Source: the human T2T-CHM13v2.0 reference genome, Homo sapiens. Taken from it: a stretch of DNA of 64,000 bases. Where the stretch lies: assembly GCF_009914755.1 (NCBI RefSeq), contig NC_060946.1; one strand, written 5' to 3'. Position 1 is the first letter of the stretch; every line of letters starts with the position of its first letter. Below, piece after piece: positions 39,520 through 53,600 of this stretch. The notes under the pieces were generated by a model that saw only the letters and a list, made by a program, of their open reading frames with translations, ran no database searches and had not been told where the DNA came from. The position numbers and the translations under genes were made by a program.

Positions 39520-40200
39520 ATTGCAGTCCATTCCATTCCATTCCATTCGATATCTTTCCATTACTCTCCATTCCATTCTATTCCTTTTGATTCCATTCAA
39601 TTCCATTCCATTCGATATCTTTCCATTACACTCCATTCCGTCTATTCCTTTAGATTCCATTCAATTCCATTCCATTCGACTCCATTCCATTCGAGTCCAT
39701 TCCATTCCACTCCACTCCATTCCATTCCATTCCATTCCCTTCGATTCCAATCCGTTACTTTCCATTTTGTTCCAGTCAATTCCACTCGAGTCCATTCCAT
39801 TGCAATCCATTCCATTCGAGTGCATTCCATTCCATTCCATTCGATATCTTTCCATTACTCTCCATTCCATTCTATTTCTTTCGATTCCATTCAATTCCAT
39901 TCCATTCGATATCTTTCCATTACTCTCCATTCCATTCTATTCCTTTCGATTCCATTCAATTCCATTCCATTCGATATCTTTCCATTACACTCCATTCTGT
40001 CTATTCCTTTAGATTCCATTCAATTCCATTCCATTCAATTCCATTCTATTAGATTCCATTCCATTCAACTCCATGCCATTCATGTCCATTCCGTTCCATT
40101 CCTTTCCATTCCATTCCGTTCCATTCGATTCCAATCCGTTACTTTCCAGTTTGTTCCAGTCAATTCCACTCGAGTCCATTCCATTGCAGTCCACTCCATT
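39520..40200 (+). repeat. Nested tandem duplications (65-bp period inside a ~0.3-0.38 kb duplication)
   Basis: GATATC at 39549/39614 and 39843/39908/39973. TCCGTTACTTTCC at 39751/40135. GTCAATTCCACTCGAGTCC at 39775/40159. Confidence 0.88.
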
Positions 40201-40299
40201 TGATTCCCTTCCATTCGATTCGATTAAATTCCATTTGATTCCATTCCACTAGATTTCATTCCGTTCCATTCCATTGCATTCCATTCTATTCCATTCCAT

Positions 40300-43100
40300 T
40301 GCATTCCATTCCATTCCATTTGATTTAATTCCATTCATTTCCAAGGCGTTCGAATCAATTACCTTACAATCCATTACAGTCGAGTCCGTTCTATTCCAGT
40401 CCATTCCATTCCGGTCCATTACATTTGATTCAATTCCATTCGATACCATTTGATACTGTTGCACTCTTTTGGATTCCATTCTATTTGAATAAATTCCATT
40501 CAAAACCATTCCTTTTGATTCCATTCTATTTGAGTCCATTCCATTCGTGTCCATTACATTTGGGTCTGTTCCATTGCATTCCATTCCATTCCTTTCCATT
40601 CCATTTGATACCATTTCATTCGATTCTATTCCATTAGAGTCCATTCCATTCGAATGTATTCCACTGCATTCCATTCCATGCCATTCCATTCGATTCTATT
40701 CTATTCTACTCCATTCCATTCCATTCGGTTCCATCTGATTCCATTCCATTCTAGCCCTTTCCATACCATTCCATTCCATTGGAGTCCATTCCACTCCATC
40801 CCATTCCATTCAAGTCCATTCCATTCCAGTCCATTTCATTCGAGTCCATTCCATTCCATAAATTTCCGGTTGATATCTTTCCATTTCACTCCTTTCCATT
40901 CTTTTCCTTTCGATTCCATTCAATTCCATTCCATTCAATTCCATTCCATTGTATTTCATTCCATTCGACTCCATTCCATTAGAAACCGTTCCTTTTCATT
41001 CCGTTCCATTCCATTCCTTTCTGATTGACTTTATTCCGTTCGATTCCAATTTGTTCCCGTCTATTCTATTCGAGTCCATTCCATTCCAGTTCATTCAATT
41101 CGATTCCATTCCATTCGATTCCCTTCCATTCGATTCCATTCCACTCGATTCCACTCCATTGCATTCCATTGCATTCCATTCTATTCCATTCCATTGCACA
41201 CCATTACATTTCCTATGATTACATTCCATTTGATTCCATTGAGCTCAAATAAATTGGATTCCTATCCATTACATTCGAGTCCGTTCTATTCCAGTCCATT
41301 CCATTCTGGTCCATTCCTTTCAATTGCATTCCATACTATTGCATTCCATTCGATTCCAGTGTATTTGAATAAATTCCATTCAAGACCATTCCTTTTTAAT
41401 CCATTCTATTTGAGTCTATTACATACAAGTCCATTACATTTGGGTCCATCCAATTCCAGTCCATACCATTCGATGTCATTCCATTCTATTCTATTCCATT
41501 CGACTCCATTCTATTCCATGAAATTCCATTCCATTCTGTTCCATTCGATTCCAATCCATTACATTCCATTTTGTTCCAGTCAATTCCACTTGAGTCCATT
41601 CCATTTTGTTCCATTCAATTCCACTCGAGTCCATTCCATTCCATTCCATTGCATTCGATTCCATTCCTTTTGATTCCATTCCATTCAATTCAATTAAATT
41701 CCATTTGATTCCATTCCACTCTATTCCATTGTGTTCCATTCCACTGCATGCCATTCTATTCCATTCCATTCCATTTGATTCCATTCCATTCGATTCCAAG
41801 GCATTCAAATCAATTACATTTCAATCCATTACATTTGAGAGTTTTCTATTCCAATCCATTCCATTCCAGTCCATTCCATTTGATTAAATTCCATTCGATT
41901 CAATTAGATACTATTACATTCCTTTCAATTCCATTCTATTTGTATAAATTCCATTCAAGACCATTCCTTTCGAGTCCATTCTATTTGAGTGCATTCCATT
42001 CGTGTACATTACATTTGGGTCCGTTCCATTGCATTCCATTCTATTCCTTTCCATTCCATTCCATGCCATTATTTTCGATTCTATTCCATTAGAGTCCATT
42101 CCATTCGAGTCCATTCAATTCCATTCCATTTGACGCCATTCCACACGATTCTATTCCACTCAATTCCATTCCATTCCATTCCATTCAGTTCCATCAGATT
42201 CCATTCCATTCTAGTCCTTTCCATTCCATTCCATTCCATTCATTTCCTTTCCATTCGAGTCCATTCCACTCCAGTCCATTTCATTCGAGTCCATTCCACT
42301 CCAGTCCATTCCATTCCATTCCATTCCATTTGATATCTTTCTATTTCACTCCATTCCATTCCATTCCATTCCATTCAATTCCATTCCATTCGATTCCATT
42401 CTATTGAATTCCATTCCATTCGACTCCATTCCATTCGTGTCCATTCCTTTTCATTCTTTTCCATTCCATTGTATTCTGTTTTACTTCAATCCGTTTGATT
42501 CCATTTTTTTCCAGTCCATTCCATTCGAGTCCATTCCATTCCAGTCCATTCGATTCTATTCCATTCGATTCGATTCCATTCCACTCGATTCCACTCTGCT
42601 CCTTTCCATTGAATTCCATTCAATTCCATTCCATTGCATACCATTGCATTCCATATGATTTCATTCCATTTGATTCCATACAACTCAAATCAATTGGATT
42701 GCAATCCATTACAATCGAGTCCATTCTATTCCAGTGCATTCCATTCTGGTCCATTCCATTCAATTCCATTCCATACTATTGCATTCCATTCGATTGGACT
42801 GTATTCGAATAAATTCCATTAGAGACCATTCCTTTTTAATAAATTATACTTGAGTCTATTACATTCGAGTTCATTACATTTGTGTCCATCCAATTCCATT
42901 CCATTCCATTCGATGCCATTCCATTCGATTCTATTCCATTTGAGTCCATTCCATTCGATGACATTCCTTTCGATTCCATTCCACTCCAGTCCATTCCATT
43001 CGAGTGCTTTCCATTCGAGTCCGTTCCATTAGAATCCATTCCATTCCGTTCGATATCTTTCCATTACACTCCATTCCATTCTATTTCTTAAGATTCAATT
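40300..43100 (+). repeat. Diverged ~1.44 kb tandem duplication
   Basis: CTCAAAT(A/C)AATTGGATT blocks at 41241/42681. Landmarks at 40488/41943 and 41368/42808. CCAAGGC at about 40341/41796. Confidence 0.8.
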
Positions 43101-44530
43101 CAATTCCTTTCCTTTCAGTTTCGTTCCATTCAACTCCATTCCATTCAAGTCCATTCCATTGCATTCCGTTCTGTTCGATTCAATTCCGTTCAATTCCATT
43201 TTGATCCAATCCAATCCGTTCGAGTCCATTCCATTTGATTCCCTTCCCTTCCATTCCATTCCATTCAATGCCATTCCATTCAATTCTGTTCAAGTCCATT
43301 CCGTCTGAGTCCATTCGATTCCATTCCATTCCACTCCATTCCATTAGATGCCATTCCATTTGGTTCTAATACACTCGACTCCATTCCATTCCATTCCTTT
43401 CCATCCGATTCCATTCCGTTCTATTCTTTTCCATTCCATTCCATTCCATTCATTTCCATTCCTTTTGAGTACTTTCCTCTCCAGTCTATTCCATTCCATT
43501 CGAGTCCATTCCATTACAATCCACTTGATTCGAGGCCATTCCATTCCATTACTTTTCATTCGATATCTTTCCTTTACACTCCATTCCTTTCTATTCCTTT
43601 TGATTCTATTCAATTCTATTACATTTGATTCCATTCCATTCTACTGCATTCCTTTCTAGTCCATTCCATTCCATTCCATTCGATATCTTTCCATTACACT
43701 CCATTCCACTTTATTCCTTTCGATTCCTTTCAGTTCCATTCCATTCTAGTCCATTCCATTCCAATCCACTCCATTCGATTCCATTCCATTCCATTCCTTT
43801 TGATTCGATATCTTTCCTTTACACTCCATTCCTTTCTATTCCTTTCTATTCCTTTCGATTCTATTCAATTCCATTCCATTCAATTCCATTCCATTCGATT
43901 CCATTTCATTCGACTCCATTCCATTCGAGTCCATTCCATTCCATTCCATTCAATTCGATATCTTTCCATTACACTCTATTCCATTCTATTCCTTTGAATT
44001 CCATTCAATTCAATTCCATTCGAGTCCATTCCATTGCATTCCATTCCATTCCATTCCGTTCGATTCAAGTCCGTTCGATACCACTTTGTTCCAGTACATT
44101 CCATTCGAATCCATTCCCTTCCAGTGCATTCCATTCGCTTCCATTCCATTCGACTGCATTCCACTCGATTCCACTCCGTTCCATTCTATTACATTCTATT
44201 CTATTCCATTCCATTGCATTCCATTCCATTCCATTTTATTACATTCCATTCGATTCCATTCCGTTCGAATCAATTACATTGTAATCCATTACTTTCGTGT
44301 CCATTCTATTCCAGTCCATTCCATTCCTGTCCATTCCATTTGATTAGATTACATTCGATTCCATTAAATACTATTGCATTCTATTTGATTCCATTCTATT
44401 AGAATAAATTCCTTTCGAGACCATTCCTTTCGAGTCCATTCTATTTGAGTCCATTTCTTTCGACTCCATTACATTTGGGTCCATTCCATTCCATTACTTT
44501 CCAGTCCATTACATTGCAGTCAATGCCATT

Positions 44531-44650
44531 CCATTCGATTCTATTCCATTTGAGTCCATTCAATTCGGGTCCATTCCATTCCACTCCATTCCATTCGATT
44601 CTATTCCATTTGAGTCCATTCCATTCGGGTCCATTCCATTCCACTCAATT
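44531..44650 (+). repeat. 60-bp tandem duplication
   Basis: CCATTCGATTCTATTCCATTTGAGTCCATTC(A/C)ATTCGGGTCCATTCCATTCCACTC at 44531 and 44591. Confidence 0.88.
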
Positions 44651-47600
44651 CCACTCGATGCCATTCCATTCGATTCTATTCCATTCAACTCCATTCCACT
44701 CCATTCGATTCCATTCCATTCTATTCCATTCCATCCCATTTCATTCCATTCCATTCCATGCCATTCAATTCGATTCTCTTCCATTCGAGTCCGTTCCATT
44801 CAACTCCAATTCATTCTATTCCATTCGATTCCATTCAATTTCATTCCATTCGATGGCTTTCCATTTGATTCTATTCCATTCGACTCCATTCCATTCCATC
44901 CAATTCCATTCTAATCTATTCCTTTCTGATCCATTCCATTCCATTCCATTTGGTTCCATTCAATTCGAGTCCATTCCACTCCAGTCCATTCCATTCCAGT
45001 CCATTCCATTCCAGTCCATTCCATTCTAGTCCTTTCTATTCATTATCTTTCCATTCCATTCCATTCCATTCCATTCTATTCCTTTTGATTCCATTCAATT
45101 CCATTTCATTCAATTCCAATCCATTCAATTCCATTCCTTTTGACTCCATTCCTTTCGAGTCCATTCCTTTCCATTCCGTTCCTTTCCATTCCATTACGTT
45201 CCATTGGATTCCAATCCTTTCGATTCTATGTTGTTCCAGTCCATTCCATTCCATTCCTTTGCATTCCGGGCCATTGCATTCGATTCCATTCCATTCGATT
45301 CCATTCCATTCATTTCCATTCCACTCGATTCAACTCCGTTCCTTTCCATTGCATTCTTTCTATTCCATTCCATTGCTTTCCATTCTATTTCATTCCATTA
45401 AATTCAATTCCATGCTTATCAATTACATAGCAATCCATTACAATCGAGTCCATTCTATTTCAGTCCATTCCTTCCCGGTCCATTCCGTTGGATTCCATTC
45501 CATTTGATTCCATTCCATACTATTGCATTCTATGCGAAGCCATTATATTCGAATAAATTCCATTCCAAACCATTCCTTTCGAATCCATTCTATTTGAGTC
45601 CATTACATTTGTGTCCATTCCATTCTATTCCATTCCATTCCATTAAATTCGATGCCATTCCATTCAATTCTATTCCATTCGAGTCCATTCCATTCCATTC
45701 CATTCGATGCCTTTCCATCGGATTCTGTTCCACTCAACTCCATTCAATTCCATTCCATTCCATCCGATTCCATTCCATTATATTCCTTTCCCTTCCATTC
45801 CATTCCATTCATTTGTTTCCATTCCTTTCGAGTCCATTCCACTCCAGTCCATTCCATTCGAATCCATTCAATTCGATTCCATTCCATACTACTGCATTCC
45901 ATTCGATTCCATTCTATTCAAATAAATTCCATTCGAGACTGTTCCTTTTGAGTCCATTCTATTTGAGTCAATTCCATTCGAGTCTATTACATTTGGGAGC
46001 ATTCCATTCGATTGCATTCCATTCCATTAGATGCCTATCCTTTCCATTGTATTCCATTCGAATCTATTCCATTCCATTCCTTTCCAACTGATTGCCTTCC
46101 ATTCTATTCCTTTCTATTCCATTCCATTCCATCCCATTCCATTCCATTCCATTCCATTTGCCTCCATTGCACTCGATTAAATTCCTTTCCATTCGATTCC
46201 ATTCCATTCCATTCCATTTGATTCCAATCCATTCCATCACATTTTCTTCCAGTCCATTCCATTCGAGTCCAATCCTTTCCAGTCTGTTCCACTCGATTAC
46301 ATTCGATTCGATTCCATTCCATTCTATTCCATTACACTCGATTCCACTCCGTTCCATTCCATTGCATTACATTCTATTCCATTCAATTGCATTCTTTTCA
46401 TTTCCCTTTGATTACATTTCTTTCAATCCCAAGGCATTCGAATCAATTTCATTTCAATGCATTACAGTCGCGTCCGTTCTGTTCCAGTCCATTCAATTCC
46501 AAACCATTGCATTCGATACACTTCCATTCGATCCCATTCCATACTATTGCATACCATTTGATTCCATTCTATTTGAGTAAATTCCATCCGAGTCCATTCC
46601 ATTACAGTCCATTCCATTCGTTTCCATTCCATTCCATTCTGTTCCATTCCATTCGATTCAATTCCATTCGATTATATTCCATTTGACTCCATTCCACTCC
46701 ATTCCATTCGATACAAATCCATTCCATTCAATTCCTTTCCATTCCATTCGTTTCCTTTACATTCGAGTCCATTCCACTCCAGTCCTTTCCATTCGAACCC
46801 ATTCCATTCAATTCAATATCTTTCCATTACACTCCATTCCATTCTTTTCCTTTCGATTCCATTCAATTGCATTCCATTCGATTCCATTCCATTCGACTCC
46901 ATTCCTTTCCATTTCATTCCATTCCATTCCTTTCCATTTGATTCCTATTCGTTCGATTCCATTTTGTTCCAGTCCATTCCATTCAAATCCATTCCATTCC
47001 AATTCATTCCATTCGTTTCCATTCCATTCCATTCTATTCCATTCCACTCAATTCCACTCCATTCCATTCCATTGCATTCCATTTTATTCCATTACATTGC
47101 ATTCCATTCCTTCCCACCTAATTCCATTGCATTCTATTCCTTTCAATTCCTTTCCATTCCTTTCCATTCGTTTCTATTCCATTAGTGTCCATTCTATTCC
47201 ATTCCATTCCATTCCATTCCATTCCATTCCATTCCATTCCATTCTATTCCAATCGATTCGAATCCATTCCTTTCCATTCCTTCTGACTCCATTCCATTAT
47301 ATTGCTTTCCATTACATTCCATTCCTTTCCATTTAATTCCATTAATTTCCATTCCCTTCGAGTCCATTCCTTTTCATTCCATTCCATTCCAGTCCATTCC
47401 ATTAGAGTCCATGCCATTCCGTTCCTTTCCATTCGATATCTTTCCATGACACTCCATTCCCTTCTATTCCTTTCGATTGCAAGCAATTCCATTCCTTTCG
47501 GTTCCATTCAATTCGACTCCATTCCATTCGAGGGCATTCAATTCCATTCCATACCATTCCATTCAATTTGATTCCAATCTGTTTGATTCCTTTTTGTTCC

Positions 47601-50600
47601 TGTCCATTCCTTTCGAGTCCATTCCATTCAAGTCCATTGTATTCGATTCCATCACATTCGATTCCATTCCACTCCATTCCACTCAATTCCACTCCATTCC
47701 ATTGCATTCCATTACATTCCATTTGATTACATTGCATTCGATTCCATTCCGTTCGATTCAATAACATTGCAGTCCATTATATTTGAGTCTGTTCTATTCC
47801 AGTCCATTCCATTCCGTTCCTTTCCATTCTATTCCATACTATTGCTTTCCATTCGATTCCATTCTATTCGAATAAATTCCATGTGATACCATGCCTTTGG
47901 ATTCCATTCTATTTGAGTCCATTACATTCGAGTAAATTACATTTGGGTCCATTCCATTCCATTCCATTCCATTTCATTCCTTTGTGTTCCAGTTCATTCC
48001 ATTCGATTCCATTCCATTCTATTCTATTTTATTCCATTCCTTTCGAGTCCATTCCATTCCATTCCATTCCATTTTATTCCATTCGTTGCCATTCCATTCG
48101 ACTCCATTCCATTCGAGTCTATTCCATTCCATTACATTCCGTTCCATTCGATTCCATTCCATTCGTGTCCATTTTTTTCCAGCCCATTCCATTCGAGTCC
48201 ATTCCTTTCTAGTCCATTCCATTCGATTCCATTCCATTCTATTCAATTCCTTCCAATTACATTCCACTCGATTCCACTCCACTCCATTCCATTGCATTCC
48301 ATTATACTCCATTCCATTCCATTCTATTCTATTCCATTGCCTTCCATTCCATTCCATTTGATTGCATTCCATTCGATTCCATTCCGTTCGAATCAATTAC
48401 TTTGCAATCCATTACATTCGTGTCCATTCTATTCCAGTCCATTCCATTTCGGTCCATTCCATTCGATTCCATTCCATACTACTGCATTCCATTCGATTCC
48501 ATTCTATTTGAATAAATTCCATTCGAAACCATTGCTTTCGAGTCCATTCTATTTGAGTCCATTCTATTCGAGTCCATTACTTTTGGGCCCACTGCATTCC
48601 ATTCCACTCCATTCCATTCCATTCAGTTCCATTTGATGTCATTCCATTCGATTCTATTGCATTCGAATCTATTCCATTCGATTCCATTGCATTCCATTCC
48701 ATTCAATCTGATTCCATTCAATTCTAATCCTTTCCATTCCATTCCATTCGTTTCCATTCCATTCGAGTCCATTCCACTCCACTCCATTCCATTCGAGTCC
48801 ATTCCACTCCAGTCCATTCCATTTGAGTCCTTTCTATTCCTTTCCATTCCATTTGATATCTTTCCATTACACTCCTTTCCATTCTAATCTTTAAATTTCA
48901 CTCAATTCCATTCCATTTGGTTCCATTCAATTCGACCCCATTCCATTGGAGTCCATTCCATTCCATTCCATTCCTTCCCATTCCATTCCGTTCAGTTCGA
49001 TTTCAATCCGTTCGATTTCATTTTGTTCCTGTCCATTCCATTCGAGTCCATTTCATTCCAGTCAAATCCATTCGATTCCATTCTATTTGATTCCTTTCCA
49101 TTCGATTCCATTCCTCTGGATTCCATCCCACTCGATTCCACTCCGTTCTGTTCCATTGCATTCTACTCTATTCCATTAAATTGCATTCCCTTCCATTCCA
49201 TTTGATTATATTCCATTTGATTCCATTCCATTCGAAAGAATTACATTGCAATCCATTACATTCGAGTCCGTTCTATTCCAGTGCATTCCATTCCAGTCCA
49301 TTCCATTTGATTCCATTACTTTCCATTCCGTTCCATACTACTGTATTCCATTTGATTCCATTCTAGTCAAATAAATAAATTCCATTCGAGACCATTCCTT
49401 TTGATTCCATTGTGTTTGAGTCCATTGCATTCGATTCCATTCCATCTGAGTCCATACGGTTCCATTCCTTTCTGTTCCATTCCATGCCATTCGATGCCCT
49501 TCCATTAGATTCTATTCCTTTGAATTCCATTCCATTCCATTCCACTCCATTACATTCGATGACATTCCATTCGAATCTAATCCATTGAACTGCATTCCAT
49601 TCCATTCTGTTCCATCCGATTCCATTGTATTCTATTCCTTTCCATTCCAATCCTTTCCATTCCATTCCATTCCATTCGATGCCCTTCATTCAATTCTTTT
49701 CCATTCGTGTCCATTTCATTCCATTCCACTGTATTCCATTCCATTCCATTCGATGCCATTCCATTTGATTCTATTCAATTCGACACCATTCCATTCCATT
49801 CAGTCCAATTGCATTACATAATCGAATAAATTCCATTCGAGACCATTTCATTCGTGTCCATTCTATTTGAGTCCATTATATTCCAGACCAATACATTTGG
49901 GTCCATTCCATTCTATTCCATTCCATTCAATACCATTCCATTCGATTCTATTCCATTCGAGTCCATTCCATTCCATTCCATTCCATTCCTTTCAATGCCA
50001 TTCCATTCGATTCTAATCCATTCGAGTCCATTCCATTTGAGTCCATTACATTCCATGCCTTTCCATTCAATGCCATTCCATTTGATTCTATTCCATTCGA
50101 CTCCTTCCATTCCATGCCGTTCCAAATGATTCCATTCCATTTTATTCGTTTCCATTCTATTCCATTTGTTTCTATTCCATTCGAATCCATTTCAATACAG
50201 TCCATTCCATTCGAATCCATTCCATTCCAGTCCTTTCTATTCGAGTCCATTCCATTCCATTCCATTCCATTCGATATCTTTCCATTACACTCTATTCCAA
50301 ACTTTTCCTTTTGATTCTATTCAATTCCCTTCCGTTTGGTTCCATTGCATTCGATTCAATTCCATTCGACACCATTCCTTTTGAGTCCATTCCATTCCAT
50401 TCCGTTTCGTTTGATTCCAATCCCTTCGAATCTATTTTGTTCCTGTCCATTCCATTCGAGCTCATTCCGTTCCAGTCCATTCCATTCGATTCCATCCCAA
50501 TCGATTCCATTCCATTTGATTTCATTCCACTCGATTCCACTCCGTTCCTTTCCATCGCATTCCATTCTATTCCATTGCATTGCATTTCATTCCTTTTCGT

Positions 50601-53600
50601 TTGATTACATTCCAGTCGAATCCATTCCATTCGATTCAATTACATTGCAATCCATTACAGTCGAGTCCATTCTATTCCATTCCTTTCTATTCCAGTCCAT
50701 TCCATTCGATTCCATTCCTTTCGATTCCATTCCACATTATTGTTTCCATTCGATTCCATTCAATTCGAATATATTCCATTCGAGACCATTCCTTTCGTGT
50801 CCATTCTATTTGAATTCATTCCATTCGAGTCCATTACATTTTGGTCCATTCCATTCCATTCCTTTCCATTCAATTCGATGCCATTACATTCGATTCTATA
50901 CCATTTGAGTCCATTCCATTCCAGTCCATTCCATTCTTTCTGTTCGATTCCAATCTGTTCGATTCCATTTTGTTCCAGTCCATTGCATTCGAGTCCATTC
51001 CTTTCCAGTCCATTCCATTCGATTCCATTCCATTCAATTCCATTACATTCGATTCCACTCCTCTCGATTCCACTCCATTCCATTCCCTTGTATTTCATTC
51101 TATTCCATTCCATTGCATTCCATTCCATTTAATTTGGTTTCATTCCATTTGATTCCATTCCATTCGAATGAATTACATTGCAATGCATTACATTCAAGTA
51201 CTTTCTATCCAGTCAATTCCATTCAGGTCCATTGCATTCAATTCCATTTCATATTATTGTATTCCATTCGATTCCATTATATTCAAATAAATTCCATTCG
51301 AGACCATTCCTTTCGAATCCATTCTATTTGAGTCCATTCTTTTCGGGTCCATTACATTTGGGTCAATTCCATTCCATACCATTACATTCACGTTCATTCC
51401 ATTCGACTCCATTCCATTCGAGTCCATTCCATTCGATTCCAATCCACTGCATTCCATTCCTGTCAATTCCATTTGATGACATTCCATTCCATTGTATTCC
51501 ATTTTACTCCTTTCCATTCCTTTCTGTTCCATCTGATTACCTTCCATTCTCATCCTTTCCATTCCATTCTATTCCATTCCATTCCATTCTATTCCTTTCC
51601 ATTCCATTTGAGAGCATTCAACACTAGTCCACTCCATTCAAGTCCATTCCATACCAGTCCATTCCATTCTATGCCATTCCATTTGATTCAATTCCATTCA
51701 ACTCCATTCCATTCCAGTCCGTTCCATTCTATTCCATTTGATTCCATTCCATTCGATTATATAGCATTCTACTCCATTCCTTTCCATTCTGTTCCATCTG
51801 ATTTCATTCCATTCTATTCCTTTCCATTCCATTCCATTCCATTAAATTCGTTTCCATTCCATTCGAGTCCATTCCACTCCAGTCCATTCCATTCGAGTCC
51901 ATTCCATTCCAGTGCATTCCATTCGAGTCCATTCCATTCCATTCCCCTCCATTCGATATCATTCCTTACACTCCATTCCATTCTATTCCTTTCGATTCCA
52001 TTCCATTCCATTCCATTCTATTCCATTACATTCGCATCCATTCCATTCAAGTCCATTCCATTCCATTCCATGCCATTCCGTTCTGTTCGATTCCAATCCA
52101 TTTGATTCCATTTTGTTCCAGTCCATTCCTTTCGAGTCCTTTCCATTCCAGTCCATTCCAATCATTTCCATTCCGTGCAATTCCATTCCATTAGCTTCCA
52201 TTCCACTGGATTCCAATCCATTCCATTCCATTGCATTCCACTTTATTCCATTCCATTGAATTCCTTTCCATTCCATTTGTCTACATTCCTTTCGTTTCCT
52301 TTCTATTCGAATCAATTACATTGCAGTCCATTACATTCAAATCCGTTCTATTCCAGTCCATTGCATTCCGGTCCATTCCATTCTTTTCCTTTCCATTCGA
52401 TTCCATTCCATACTATTGCATTCCATTCGATTCCATTGTATTCAAATAAATTCCACTCGAGACCATTCCTTTCGAGTCCATTCTATTTGAGTCCACTCCA
52501 TTCGAGCCCATTACATTTAGGTCCATTCCATTCCGTTCCATTCCATTCCTTTCCTTTCCATTCCATTCCTTTCCATTCCATTCCATTCCATTCAATGATA
52601 TTCCATTCGATTCTTTTCCATTCTACTCCATTCCTTCCCATTCGGTTCCATCCGATTCCATTCCATTCTATCTCTTTCCGTTCCATTCCATTCTATTCCA
52701 TGCAAATCCATTTGATTCCATTTCATTCGTTTCCATTACATTTGAGTCCATTCCTCTCCAGTCCATTCCATTCAAGTCCATTGCATTCTAGTCCATACCA
52801 TTCGATTCCATTCCATCCCATTCCATTTGATATCTTTCCATTATGCTACATTCCATTCTCTTCCTTTGTATTCCATTCAATTCCATTACATTCGATTACA
52901 TTCCATTCGATTCCATTCCATTCGATTCCATTCCGTTTGATTCCATTACACTAAATTCTGATCAGTTCCATTCCATTGCATGCCATTCTATTCCATTGCA
53001 TTGCATTCCATTGCATTCCATTAGAATACATTCCATTCAGTTTCATTCCATTTGAGTCAATTACATTTCATTGCTTTAAATTCTAGTCTGTTCTATTCCA
53101 ATCCATTCCATTACTGTCCATTCCATTGTATTTCATTTCCTTCGATTCCATTCCATATTATTGCATTCAATCGATTCCAATCTATTCGAATAAATTCCAT
53201 TCGAGACCATTCCTTTCGATTCCATTCTATTCAAATCAATTCCTTTCAATTTCATTCCGTTCGATTCCATTCCACTCGATTTCACTCCATTCCATTCCAT
53301 TGCATTCCATTCTATTCCATTCGACTGCATTCCATTCCATTCCATTTGACTATATTCCATTCCATTCCATTCCATTTGAATCAATTACATTGCAATCCAT
53401 TACATTTGTGTGCCTTTTATTCCATTCCATTCCTTTCCGGTCCATTCCATTGGATTCCATTCCATACTATTGCATACCATTCTAATCCATGCTATTCGAA
53501 TAAATTCCATTCGAGACCATTCCTTTCCAATCCATTCTATTAAAGTCCCTTCCATTCATGTCCATTGCAATTGGGTCCATTCCATTCCATTCAATGCCAT

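Noticed and set aside
25641-41948. TATAAA as TATA boxes (25641, 26558, 41943)
   Set aside because: Each is a single-base variant of the AATAAA landmark, with no other promoter evidence.
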